Of a stretch of DNA of 64,000 bases, positions 38,615 through 50,220 are shown piece by piece. Position 1 is the stretch's first letter, and the number at the start of each line of letters is the position of its first letter. The notes beneath the pieces are model-generated. The model saw only the letters and a list, made by a program, of their open reading frames with translations. It was not told where the DNA came from and searched no databases. Origin of the DNA: Eledone cirrhosa. Taxonomy: Eukaryota. Made by a program: the position numbers and the translations under genes. The stretch spans positions 20,088,001-20,152,000 of the forward strand of contig OZ024748.1 of assembly GCA_964016885.1 (NCBI GenBank). The letters run 5' to 3'.

Positions 38615-39140
38615 TGTATGTGTATATATACACTAGTTGACAGTAAATATCTGAGAAGTAATTTATGAGAGATGGAAGAAGTGATAATAAAGTAAAAATA
38701 AGAAGTTTTAAATGTAAAGTGACTTTGATGAACAAGAGCAAGTGAATTTCACATTTCAAATATAACCGAATTATATTTATATATATATATAAATACATAC
38801 ATAAAAAAAAAACAATATTTTATTCTTTTTCTTGGTTTCAGATATTGGACTATGGCCAGACTGGGGCACCACCTTCAAGTGATTTAGTTAAGTATATTGA
38901 CCCTAGTACTGCAATATTTTGTGTGTGTCTTCTTTGATTGATATAGTGTGTGTGTGTGTGTTGGGGGTGAGGTGCTTAAGCATAAATCCTTTTGATACCA
39001 ATCTGGCCAAAACCAGCTCTGATTCTATGAAACAAAACCACCCATTTTAAAGAGATCCTAGTGAACTCTTTTCATATTGATCCAGTCAAAATCTGCTCGA
39101 GTTCTATGAAACAAAATAACCTATCTTAAAAGGTTTCTAT

Positions 39141-39254
39141 TTAACCTTCAGAACACTATTATTTTACGAATTGCTTCCCTTGACACTGCATTATGTATTA
39201 AAGGGAGATTACTCTCTTGTCGCAATTTGTTGCCGGCAGCGTGCTGAAGGTTAA
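39141..39254. mobile_element. Mini piggyBac-like element, TTAA TSD
   Basis: TTAA CCTTCAGAAC ... GTGCTGAAGG TTAA. Confidence 0.75.
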
Positions 39255-39261
39255 CAACTTT

Positions 39262-39387
39262 CAGTGCTGTATTTACCATTGTGCTTAGGTGTGCTTAAAC
39301 ATAGGGCCCATCTTCCTGCCAAAACATTTTTGACCTCCTTCATAACTTAACTAGCACAGGGCCTTATTTGTCCTAAATCCAGCACTG
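39262..39387. mobile_element. hAT-like MITE, 8-bp TSD
   Basis: Inverted termini CAGTGCTGTATTTA / TAAATCCAGCACTG; flanks ACAACTTT and ACCACTTT. Confidence 0.8.
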
Positions 39388-40059
39388 ACCACTTTAGATT
39401 GCAACTTGGCCAAAATCAGCTCTGGTTCTATGAAATGAAACAAGTCCTCTCATTTTAAACAGTTCCTAGTTAACTCTTTTCATATTAATCTGTCCAAAAC
39501 CCTGCTCTGGTTCTATGAAATAAAAACATCTATTTTAAAAGGTCTCTGTTTAACCACTTTTGATAGCAACCTGACCAAAACCAGATCTGGTTCTATGAAA
39601 CAAATTCACTCATTTTAAAGGCTTACTATCTAAATTAAAATCTTCCAACATAATTTTAGATAAGAACCATATGTTAAAAGACTATTTTAGTAACGAAATA
39701 ATTAAACATGTTTTGTAAACCCCTCAAAATTCATCATTAATCATCATCATCATCATCATCATTACGTCATGTAAACTCTTGAGGTTAATAAAGAAAGCCA
39801 TATTATTATTATTATTATATCATATTATTATAAGTACAATGGATTGGCTGAGTCAAGTGGTGGTGAAATAATTGTTATTCAATAAGAAAGTTAAACTAAT
39901 TAAAAAAACAACAACACAAATCCAACCATTTTTAGTGGGGGAAGATGGATGTTAAATGGTGATAATGATGATAATTCCAGTTGTAAAGAATTCAGAAGAT
40001 GTTCCATGGTTTTCCAGTACAAATTCCATACCCCCAGCCCTCTTGTTACTGCTCCCAGT

Positions 40060-40325
40060 GACACATCTATGCTCCAAGTCACCGAAGGGAGTGAAGGGTT
40101 TCAGATAACAAAAAGGAGATGATTATCAGATCAGACCAAGGAAACAATGTTTCCATTGGTCTTTTCATTGCTGATAGTATCTACCAGTAGCAAACGTCAT
40201 GGCAGAAAGAAGAAAATGAAATGAAGAGTTTTATTCAAGAACACAATATGCTACTCGGTTCAGGGATTGAACTCAGGACCCTATGATCTTGAGTAAAATT
40301 CCCTAACCCTGGGTCACATATCTTC
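40060..40325 (-). mobile_element. Diverged CORE-type SINE, same tail type as 13321-13538
   Basis: atcagaccaaggaaacaatgtttccattggtctt matches 13342-13376. Confidence 0.7.
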
Positions 40326-40879
40326 AATTGACACAACAAAAGATAATATAAAACAAAACAAAAAAAAAAGCACCTAAAACATCCAGTAAATACAATCTAG
40401 ATAGAGAAGTGTATGTTGCAAGGATAGGAGAGAAGGACTTCTCAAATTCTAGCAAAAGTTACTGTCTTTATCTTCAGACAATCTAATCATTTGACAGTTT
40501 GTTTGTTTTACCTTGAAAAATATAAACTATTTATTAATTTGATCAACACAACAAGGGGAAAAAATATGCTTTGTTTCAGGCCTTTCATTTATTCTGTGTT
40601 ATTTTGTTTTGGTTTCCAACAGCCCCAGTTTCCATTCATAAGAAATAACTAATTAAACTAAGACCCCACAAAAAATATGGTAGGGAACAATAACATCAAG
40701 AGAAATGATAATGAGAGAGAGCAGGAGGAAGAGAGATAGATAGATAGATAGATATGCAGACAGTTAGATAGGTAGATAGATCGGTAGATAGATACATAGA
40801 TAGGGAGGTAGGTAGACTGATAGACACATACATAGATAGATAGACAGATAAATAGAGAAGTATATATGAGAGAAAGACG

Positions 40880-40932
<53 letters not shown>

Positions 40933-41819
40933 GTATATATTGAGAATTAATTAAAACTAACATCAACATGCCATATATCTACCATTTTGTAAGTGGAATA
41001 TGCAACTCTTTAGACAAAAGAGATAGAAAAATAAAATACAAGATGTCTGACAAGATTAACAATAAAGTTAGATATTGAGAATAATAATAAACAGAAGAGT
41101 GCTCTTGTTGTTGTTGGTGTTGGTGGTTGTGGTAATAAGGATGTGGGTGGTGGTGATATGGTTGTGATGATGATGTTGTTGGTGGTGGTGGTTGTTGTTG
41201 GTGGTGGTTGCGGTGGTGATGTTGTAGGTGGTGGTGTTGTGGTTGTGGTAATGATGGTTGTAATGATGATGTTGGTGGTGGTGGTGGTGGTTGTTGTTGG
41301 TGGTGGTTGCAGTGGTGATGTTGTAGGTGGTGGTGTTGTGGTTGTGGTAATGATGGTTGTGATGATGATGTTGGTGGTGGTGGTGGTGGTGATATTGTTG
41401 GTGGTGGTGATTGTGTTGCTGCTGTTGTTGTTGTTGTTGTTATTAGTGCTAATGTTACTATTGTTGTTGTTGTTGTTACTGTTGCTGTTACTGATGGTGG
41501 TGTTGTTGTTGTGTTAATGCAAATGTTAGTATTGTTTTTGTTGCTGTTGTTACTGTTGCTATTGCTGCTGTTGTTGCTATTGTTGCTGCTACTGCTGTTG
41601 CTGCTGTTGTTATTGCTATTGTTGGTGCTACTGCTGTTGCTGCTGTTGTTATTGCTATTGTTGCTGCTATTTTAGAACCTAGTCAAAAACAATGTGATTT
41701 TGTCAAAGACTCAACACAGAGAAACAAATTAATTTCTATTTAGAAAGTGTTGTTCTGTGGAGACTGTACTTAGATATCAGAGCCAGCTGATTTAAGACTT
41801 ACCGACGTGTGTGTGTGTA

Positions 41820-41898
<79 letters not shown>

Positions 41899-41943
41899 GT
41901 ATATATATATATGTATGTATATATATATATAAATATATATATG

Positions 41944-41974
<31 letters not shown>

Positions 41975-42011
41975 GTATTTATATATATACATATATATAT
42001 ATATGTGTGTG

Positions 42012-42136
<125 letters not shown>

Positions 42137-42139
42137 CAT

Positions 42140-42171
<32 letters not shown>

Positions 42172-42172
42172 C

Positions 42173-42203
<31 letters not shown>

Positions 42204-42303
42204 CATATATATAAATATATATATATATATGTGTGTATATGTATGTATATATATATATACACATATATATATATATGTATATACGTGTATGTATATATAT
42301 GTA

Positions 42304-42354
<51 letters not shown>

Positions 42355-42704
42355 GTATCTAACATATATATATATTATATATATATATATGTGTGTATAT
42401 ATGTATATAACACACACACACATAGACTTAGCGATGTTGTTTTTAAAACCTGCAGTGGACTTACACAGAATAATAAACCAACACATGTCGATTTACTTCA
42501 ATGTTTCTTACTTAGCTGTGTTAGTTTATTCTTTATATTTCTTTTGTATTCAGGGATTTGAAGGGATTTCAGGATGGGGGGGGGGGGCTGTTAGAAGGAA
42601 AGGATCTAAATTAGAAGTATTTTTGAAACATCATGACATTTTTTTATTTCCTCCAGATATAAAAAGATTTATTTTATCATCACTTGCAAATAAATACAAT
42701 ATCC

Positions 42705-42950
42705 TCATCATCACTGTTTTATGTCCATTTTTCCATCCTAGCATTGGTTAGACAAGTTGTCCTGTTGTGAGCAATGTCAGGTCAGGTGACCATGTTTTGC
42801 TCATACAGAACTGATTTGGGCTTGGTTTCTACAGCTGGGTGTCCTTCCTAATGTCAACCTCATTTATCATGAGTACTGGGTGCTTTTTATCGTGACACCT
42901 GCATGACCAATTTACAGTGTCGACCGAGTGCTTTTTGTCATGACACCTAC
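42705..42950 (-). mobile_element. RTE-type 3' UTR module
   Basis: Similar to 7996-8250. Confidence 0.75.
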
Positions 42951-43020
42951 ATGTATATATATATATATATGTGTCTGGGTATGTGTGTATATATATATTA
43001 TTATTATTATTTTCCCATCA

Positions 43021-43240
43021 GGGTGGTGGATTGGCAGTATCGGTAGAGAGTCGGATGCCATGCTTTGCAGCATAGAGTTATGGCCCTTTATGATCTGAGC
43101 TCAAATCCTGCCGAGGTTAACTTTACCTTTCATCCTTACGGGGTTGATAAAATAAAGCACCAGTAACACACTGGGGTCAATTTAATTGACTTTCCCTAAC
43201 CCCAAAATTGCTGGCTTTGTGCCTATATAAGAAACCATTA
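43021..43240 (+). mobile_element. Full-length family A SINE, long subtype
   Basis: Head, core, gtcaatttaattgac hairpin and tail present. Confidence 0.9.
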
Positions 43241-44567
43241 TTATTTTCCCATCAAACTTCTGATGCCCAGCATGGGCTGGACAGGAGTTTTTGAGGCAAC
43301 CTGCTTCCTGACACCAACTGTGTTACTTACGAGATGAAGGGATGCACTGTACCTATTCCAGCTGTGTCTCTGTCTGTCTGTGTGTCCGTGTTTGAATGTG
43401 TGTAAACCATACCAAGAAGGGTTGCGAGAAACCATCAGCCACCCAACGACAACGACTTTAGTACTGGCACCATGGGAAAAGCACCCAGTACACCCTGTAA
43501 GGTAGTTGATGACAGGAAATGTAACCAGCTATAGAAACTATACCAAAAAAAGCGATGAAAGGATTCTTCAGTTGTGTCAGTTGGGCATGATAAAATGGCA
43601 CCATGATAAAATACTACCATTTCACTCTATAAAATAGTAGTGGGGCTGCTGTAAAAAAATGCACCCAGGCCACCCTGTAAATTGGTTGATGTTAGGAAGG
43701 TCATCTAGCTGTGTAAAAACATTCAAAAATGGAATCTATGTGCTGACCTGTCTAATCTCAGAATGTGACAACCTGTCCAACCCATACCAGCATACATCAG
43801 ACAGGCATATAATGTTGTTGTTCTTCTTCTTGATAACAATGATGACATTTGATAGGTCTGGGGCACCTAATATCATAACACCCCCCAAAAAAATCTCTCA
43901 CGAGATGCAGCCCCTAGTGGAAGATGGGGCGGGACGGCAGCAGATATATCTATGCAGGCATGCACCATAACAACAACAGCAACATCAGCAACAACAATAA
44001 CAATACAAACAACCAACACAACAGCAATATTACACGAATCATATCTTATATAAGCAGTTTAAAGATAAAAATCTTTCTCAGCAAATCACATGCAGAACTT
44101 GGAATTTACATCAAAAACAAATGATGAAACATTAAAATAAATTTTTAAAAGAAAATATTTAAAAAATTGTAAAAAAAATAACAAGAACAAAAGACATAAG
44201 TACTTTGATTGCGAAGCCCAAGTTTTTATCTTATCACACATATATTATCAGAGTAAAGCAATCTTTCTCGACTTTATTTGATACCAAACCCAACTGGCAT
44301 CGGTGCCAAAGTGTTTCTGCTTTCTTAGCATGTTTTCTTCTTACATTTGTCCTAACTCCACCCTCTCATGATCTTTCAACAAAACAATTTATGTTTGATA
44401 ATGTTTGTTAACAAGTGTTCTTATAACATGTACAATTACATCTTGTAAACTACTTTAACTCTCATTTATAAGTTTTTTAAAATGTCATTAACTCTGTTCC
44501 CAGCAAAAAAACGCTATCGTAAATCTTACGATTCAAAAAAAGAATAGCTAATTATATCAATAACTGC

Positions 44568-44601
<34 letters not shown>

Positions 44602-44605
44602 GTTA

Positions 44606-44795
44606 GGGCGGTGGATTGGCAGGATCGGTAGAGGGTCGGACGCTATGCTTTGACGCATAGAGCTATGGCCCTTGCCATTCTGAGTTCGAATCCCGCCGAG
44701 GTTAACTTTGCCTTTCATCCTTACGGGGTCGATAAAATAAAGTACCGGTAATGCACTGGGTAATTGCTGGCCTTGTGCCAAAAAGTAGAAACAAT
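44606..44795 (+). mobile_element. Full-length family A SINE, short subtype, in (TTA)n
   Basis: gggcggtggattggcaggatcggtagag...gagttcgaatccc...ccttgtgccaaaaagtagaaac. Confidence 0.95.
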
Positions 44796-44957
44796 TATTA
44801 TTATTATAGTCATGTTAAATTTAATATCGATGGTCCCATATATAGTCATGTTATATATATATATAGTAGAAGAGGTGCAATTGAATTGCGTTCACAGGCA
44901 GTATGCCAAGATGAGTACTCGATGCTCTTGGAGAGCAGAGTGTCAATAATATTAAAA

Positions 44958-45044
44958 AGGGAACAAAGAATCAGTATTGCATCATATACATATTTAATTA
45001 CATATTAGATATGTATATGATGCAATACCGATTTTTTGTTCCCT
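44958..45044. repeat. Fold-back inverted repeat, about 36-bp arms
   Basis: agggaacaaagaatcagtattgcatcatatacatat / atatgtatatgatgcaataccgattttttgttccct. Confidence 0.9.
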
Positions 45045-45253
45045 ATTTATTATATATATCATCATCATCATCATCGTTTAACGTCCATCTTCCACGCTAG
45101 CATATATATATATATATATATATATATAACAAAGGAAGTGTGGTAGGGAACCAGGTGGACCATAATGCACCAGAGTCCTCAATACTTTGGGTAGTAGAGT
45201 GGGTAATAGGAAAAGGTTCAGGACCCCGACGGCAGAGCTCAAGCCGTTTTGTC

Positions 45254-45706
45254 GGCTATTTCTGGACTAAATTAGATTTTTAGTGTGGTAATAGTATAGC
45301 AAAACTTTTTGAGGGGTAATTCTATATATGGGCATGCAATAATCATGCATTTCTGAATGTTGTAGTTGTCAAAAGATTGGTCGAAGTTTCTTGTAAACAC
45401 AGTTAAATCTTTCATGGCGGCGGGTAGGGGGTGAGGGTGGCTGAACTTGCCTGTAGAACAATGAGGAAGTGGGTGAAGCCGGTCAAGTGTTGAAAGTAAG
45501 TTCTATACAGCAAATTCTAAGGAGTGTGGATGAATTAGGCTAGCTAGAAAGCAAGTGAAAATAGAATTCTACAGGAATCTGAAAATGGGAAATTGTAAAA
45601 TTAAAAAATTTTTAAATTTAAAAATTAAAAAAATTTTTAAATTAAGAAAAAAAAGTTTGGTTATACTATTACCACGCTAAAAATATAATTTAGTCCAGAA
45701 ATAGCC
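45254..45706. repeat. Inverted repeat, about 55-bp arms around a 340-bp interior
   Basis: ggctatttctggactaaatta...aaact at 45254 and its reverse complement ending at 45706. Confidence 0.9.
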
Positions 45707-46045
45707 TATATATATATCAGCTAATAAGCGAGGAACAGTACTGTTGATCACTCTTCTTTGCTTTTGCCAAGAATAAGTAAGTGACATTGTCACTACTGTA
45801 AAACTCATAGCAAATGGTCTTCAAAATGTTTTTAATTAAATATACAGTATATTGCAAAATATACTATACATTCATTCAGTTCCCATATGAACAAGACAAG
45901 GTCAGCCGACTGGACACTGCCCACAGCAGAACAACCCGTCTAACCCATGCTAGTGTGGAAGAATGGACGTAAAACAGTGATGATGATGATATATATTGGA
46001 AAATGTGTGAAATCCTTGGTACAGTTAGGTATATTTAAAAAAAGG

Positions 46046-46145
46046 AAAAGAATGACTTCACTTGTAGATGTACAAAACCAAATTGTAAAATCATATTACA
46101 AAATTAAATTAAATTGTGTAGAACTACAAGTGAAGTCATTCTTTT
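46046..46145. repeat. Inverted repeat, perfect 22-bp arms
   Basis: aaaagaatgacttcacttgtag / ctacaagtgaagtcattctttt. Confidence 0.9.
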
Positions 46146-46157
46146 AATATATATATA

Positions 46158-46600
46158 TGCCTATGTGAGACACACGATGCTGCATGGTAGTGAGACATGG
46201 GCAGCAACTGCAGAATATATGCAACGGCCGGAGAGAAATGAAGCAAGTATGCTCCATTGGATGTGCAATGCCAATGTGCATAGACGAGTTGAGAAAGAAA
46301 CTGGGTATAAGAGGGATAAGTGGTGATGAGAGAAGGCTGAGATGGTATGGACATGTTATGCGCATGGAAGATGACCGTTGGGTAAAGAAGTGCCAAGAAA
46401 TCCCAGTAGAAGGAAGACGCAGTAGAGGTAGACCACGAAAAACATGGGCGGAGGTTGTGAGAGCAGACCTCAGATCGCTGAAACTCACCGAGGAGATGAC
46501 GAAGGACCGTGGCAATTGGAGAGATGCTGTGCTGAATAGGACCCGTCCAACCCTTGTAAGCAGGGAAAAGCGGACGTCAAATGATGATGATGATGATGAT
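46158..46600 (+). mobile_element. 5'-truncated RTE LINE, second subfamily
   Basis: MLHGSETW, RRLRWYGHVMRM, GRPRKTW with a frameshift near 46280; the ORF runs into the (GAT)n tail. Confidence 0.95.
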
Positions 46601-46858
46601 ATATGGGGAGGGTCATATTGTTATAATATTACCAGAAATAATAACAGAACACATTCACTGTTTGGTATATTTTATATCTCCATAGTTAATTTATTTGGCA
46701 ATCAATGTTTATCATTGATTGACCAGCGGTTAAAAATGCAGATATAAATATATATATATAGTCTATCAAAGTTCTTTCGTCGCAAATCTGCAACATCATC
46801 AGTGGTACTATTATATTTCCTTCTATTGTATTGTACTGTAATGTCTACGCCATTTTTA

Positions 46859-46866
<8 letters not shown>
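46601..46866 (-). mobile_element. About 270-bp hammerhead-bearing repeat, copy 2
   Basis: Homologous to 7715-7983. Confidence 0.8.
46764..46807 (-). ncRNA. Minimal type I hammerhead ribozyme
   Basis: Minus: UACCA CUGAUGA U GUUGCA-GAUU-UGCGAC GAAA GAAC UU UGAUA. Confidence 0.8.
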
Positions 46867-46895
<29 letters not shown>

Positions 46896-46900
<5 letters not shown>

Positions 46901-47103
46901 GATGACCACTCCTTCATTTCAAATAATTATAATATCAAAACTTAAATGAATATTTTTTCAAAATTGGTGGCTACAATTGCATAAACTAACAAAGTTTCTT
47001 TCCTTGTTTGCAGATTTGACTCGATCCGTTAGATGGCAGTGTAATTCAAGATGGCGTTTACTCCACAACAACGTAGATGATGTGTTTTTGTGGTCACCCT
47101 GTA
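46896..47103 (+). mobile_element. Internally deleted Tc1/mariner element
   Basis: TA-CAGGATGACCAC ... GTGGTCACCCTG-TA; ATG at 47051 gives MAFTPQQR, like a mariner-type transposase N-terminus; right end duplicated at 47114-47128. Confidence 0.8.
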
Positions 47104-47771
47104 TTTCACTGGTTGTGGTCACCCTGTATTTCACGTTTATTCGTGTATTTGACGGGTTTCAAGAGTGGTTTTAAAGTTATTATGACACAATAGATTGTAA
47201 AGCACTAAACAATATAATAGTAAAGTTTATACAATCTTTGTTGTAAATATGGGAAGATTATGGAGGATTCTTGACATGGCAACATAGTACAGAATTCTTC
47301 TGAAGCTTCAACTGTATCTATTATATCACACTTCTCCTTCTCCTCCCCTCCTCCTCCTTCTTCTTTTTCTTCTTCTTCTTGCTCTCCTCCTCCTTCTTCA
47401 TCATCATCATCTTTTTCGCCTTGTTGTTGTTGTTGTTCTTTTTCTTCTTCCATCATCATCTGCATCATCATTATCATCATCATCTTCTTCTTCCCCTCCA
47501 TCATCATCATCTCCTCCTCCTCCTCCTCCTCAGTATTATTATTATTATTACCATTGTTTGGAACATGTCTCTAGATGATAATAACTACGGAATTTTTGAC
47601 GAAATAAATGTGACATCGGAATCAAAGATTTGACTTGCTCACTGATCACTGATCAGAATGGTGAGGATTTTAAGTCAAACTGGCAGCAGTTAGCACCCAG
47701 TGGAACCTGGAGTGTTAATGTCACAGACAAGTGCCTTACAGAACCTGACTTTAACCTGATGAGAGAGAGTA

Positions 47772-47813
<42 letters not shown>

Positions 47814-47959
47814 AGAGTAAGAGAGAGAGTAAGAGAAAGAGGGAGTAAGAGAGAGAAAGAGAAAAAGACAGAGTAAGAGAGAGAAAGAGAAGGAAAAAGA
47901 GAGAGAAAGAGAAAGAAAGAGAGTAATAGAGAGAACTATAGAGGGGTGGGGAAGGGGAG

Positions 47960-48092
47960 TGGGTGGGTAGTACCTTTAAAATGTGCATGTGGGAGAGAGA
48001 GGTAGGAGGTGGGGTAGGGTAACACTTTTAAAATGTCCATGTGTGAGAAAGAGAGAGAGAGGGCAGTATGGTAGTACCTTTAAAATGTACAC
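47960..48092. repeat. About 52-bp degenerate tandem repeat
   Basis: ggtagtacctttaaaatgt recurs three times. Confidence 0.75.
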
Positions 48093-48316
48093 CAACAAAT
48101 GATATGTGTGTGATATATAGTTATAAAGGTGGGTAAATTCATTCTGATTCATATTTTTAATTATTATACATCTACCTCACCTTTCTTAGTTTATAGATTT
48201 CATACACTGATGGTTTTCCCTGTACATTGATAAACACACACTCTCTCTCGTGTGTTATCTTTTCTATATATATTATATATATATATATATAGAGAGAGAG
48301 AGCGAGAGAGAGAGAG

Positions 48317-48700
48317 AGAAAAGATGAAGTTAGAATAGCACGTGAGATATGTTTAAGGGTCTGTTTTTCTTTTTTGGTTCGTCAAAGTGACATTATTAAA
48401 AAGATAGTGTTAATAAAAAAAGAGAGGGACAATTCTTTTTTAAAAATTTTTTTATGAAGTATATAAAGTATATATACTTTATATACTTACAAGCAGGGAA
48501 GAGCGGACGTAAAATGATGATGATGATGATGATGATGATGCTTCATAAACATTTTTTTAAAAAAAGAATTGTCCCTCTCTTTTTAATAACATTATCTTTT
48601 TAATAACACTATATTTTCAATAATGTCACTTTGACGAATCAAAAAAGAAAAACAGACCCTTAAATATATCTCCCGTGTTATTTCCAACTTCATCTTTTCT
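48317..48700. repeat. Large palindrome interrupted by an RTE tail (48489-48540)
   Basis: About 150-bp complementary arms; perfect 32-bp centre at 48457-48488. Confidence 0.95.
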
Positions 48701-48854
48701 ATATATCGATTGTTTTGTATAGAACCTCACTTCCCTTTTCTAATATATATATATATATATTTTTTTTTTTAATTGAGTTTGAATTATTTTCCCACATCTT
48801 ACGTTAATTATTTTCCATTTTGACGTAATAGTCACTTATATATTATGAAATACT

Positions 48855-49039
48855 TGTTTCTACTTTAGGCACAAGACCAGCAATTACCCAGTGCATTACT
48901 GGTACTTTATTTTATCGACCCCGTAAGGATGAAAGGCAAAGTCAACCTCGGCGGGATTTGAACTCAGATCGTAAAGGGACGTAACTATGCTTGAAAGCAT
49001 GGCGTCCGACCCTCTACCGATACTGCCAATCCACCGCCC
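48855..49039 (-). mobile_element. Family A SINE with TSD cttatatattatgaaatact
   Basis: Same 20-mer at about 48835-48854 and 49039-49058. Confidence 0.95.
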
Positions 49040-49214
49040 TTATATATTATGAAATACTATTGGCTTCTTGCTCACAATAATTTCTATATTTTCATTTATA
49101 TATATATATATATATATATATAGGATGGAAAAATTTGAACAGGAACAAAACAGAGAGGCAGTACAACGAATGTTTATTAATTTCACGCTCTGGAGAGTGG
49201 GGTGGTGGTGGGGA

Positions 49215-49246
49215 ACGACGTTTCGGGCATAAGCCCTTCCTCAGGT
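49215..49246 (-). ncRNA. Minimal Penelope-type hammerhead ribozyme
   Basis: Minus: AC CUGAGGA A GGGC-UUAU-GCCC GAAA CGUC GU; AATAAA about 40 nt downstream. Confidence 0.85.
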
Positions 49247-49353
49247 GAGAAGTGTGTGGGAACAGAGTTCAAAGGGTGTGTAGGGGAGTGGTGGAGAGAC
49301 ATATAGCGAAAGGAAACGGTGAGAATGAAATTAAAAATAAAAATAAAAATAAA

Positions 49354-49389
<36 letters not shown>

Positions 49390-49421
49390 CTACACCTTTT
49401 CTACAACTAGTGATGAAAAGA

Positions 49422-49660
49422 ATGGTTTCTAACTTAAGCAGAAGGTCAGCTTCTGTTTTGTGGGTGGGTGGGTGGGTGGTGGTTAGAAAGGAAACTGGAT
49501 TAAATCTATCCACTGTATTTTATCAGTACTTTATTTTATTGACCTCTGAAAGATGGAAAGCAAAGTTAACATCTATGGGATTTGGTCTCAGAATTTAAAG
49601 AGCTGGAACAAATACCACCAAGTATTCTATTCCCCAATGATTCTGCCAATCCACTGCTTA
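49422..49660 (-). mobile_element. Old family A-related SINE
   Basis: Diverged core and head. Confidence 0.7.
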
Positions 49661-49772
49661 TATCAATAATATATTAATAATGATAATAATATTTTTATCC
49701 ACCACAAAAGGTTCACATGAAGAAAACACTAAGGACAGTGCAGAATGATTCATATATCATCATCATCAACGT

Positions 49773-50000
49773 TTAACCCGTTAATGTTCAAACCGGCCAG
49801 AACTGGCCAGAATTCTCTACCTTTTTCTGTTGAAACTGGCTGTAACTGGTCGCGCAAACTGATGTTAAGGTATTATTCTCAAAATAAATACTTTCAAAAT
49901 CTCATAAATTCGATATTATGTGAGATAATTATGCGAGGTAAAGCCTTTACCATGAAAATATAATAGTATATATAGAGTAATATGAATGCTAAAGGGTTAC
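49773..50000. mobile_element. piggyBac-like MITE inserted in an RTE tail
   Basis: Paralog of 13204-13668; splits catcatcaacgtttaa / catctatcatccatgttagcatg. Confidence 0.8.
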
Positions 50001-50220
50001 CATCTATCATCCATGTTAGCATGAGTTAGAGGGGAATAGTCCCACTTGGGGCAAGATTGATCGGGTGACTGTGTCTCGCTCGTATAGAACTGTATCTGGC
50101 AGGTTTTCTAGGGCTGGATGTCCTTCCTAACACCAACCACATTATATATATCTATATATATGTGTGTGTGTCCCGGTGGTAATGTGTAAGTTACTCAATA
50201 CATAGTAGAGTATATACAAC

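Larger units (their letters stand above)
38985..39720. repeat. Tandem array of about 78-bp units resembling a piggyBac-like MITE end
   Basis: ttaac...ctctggttctatgaaacaaa...cattttaaa recurs about five times. Confidence 0.7.

Noticed and set aside
43905-43922. CTCF site GCAGCCCCTAGTGG
   Set aside because: Only a partial match, with no supporting evidence
44606-44700. tRNA genes
   Set aside because: A and B boxes belong to SINE heads with enlarged spacing and continue into SINE body and tail
47756-47790. Other CTGANGA words (47756, 10909, 21613, 2099-, 40471-) as hammerheads
   Set aside because: No stem II followed by GAAA and a UH site
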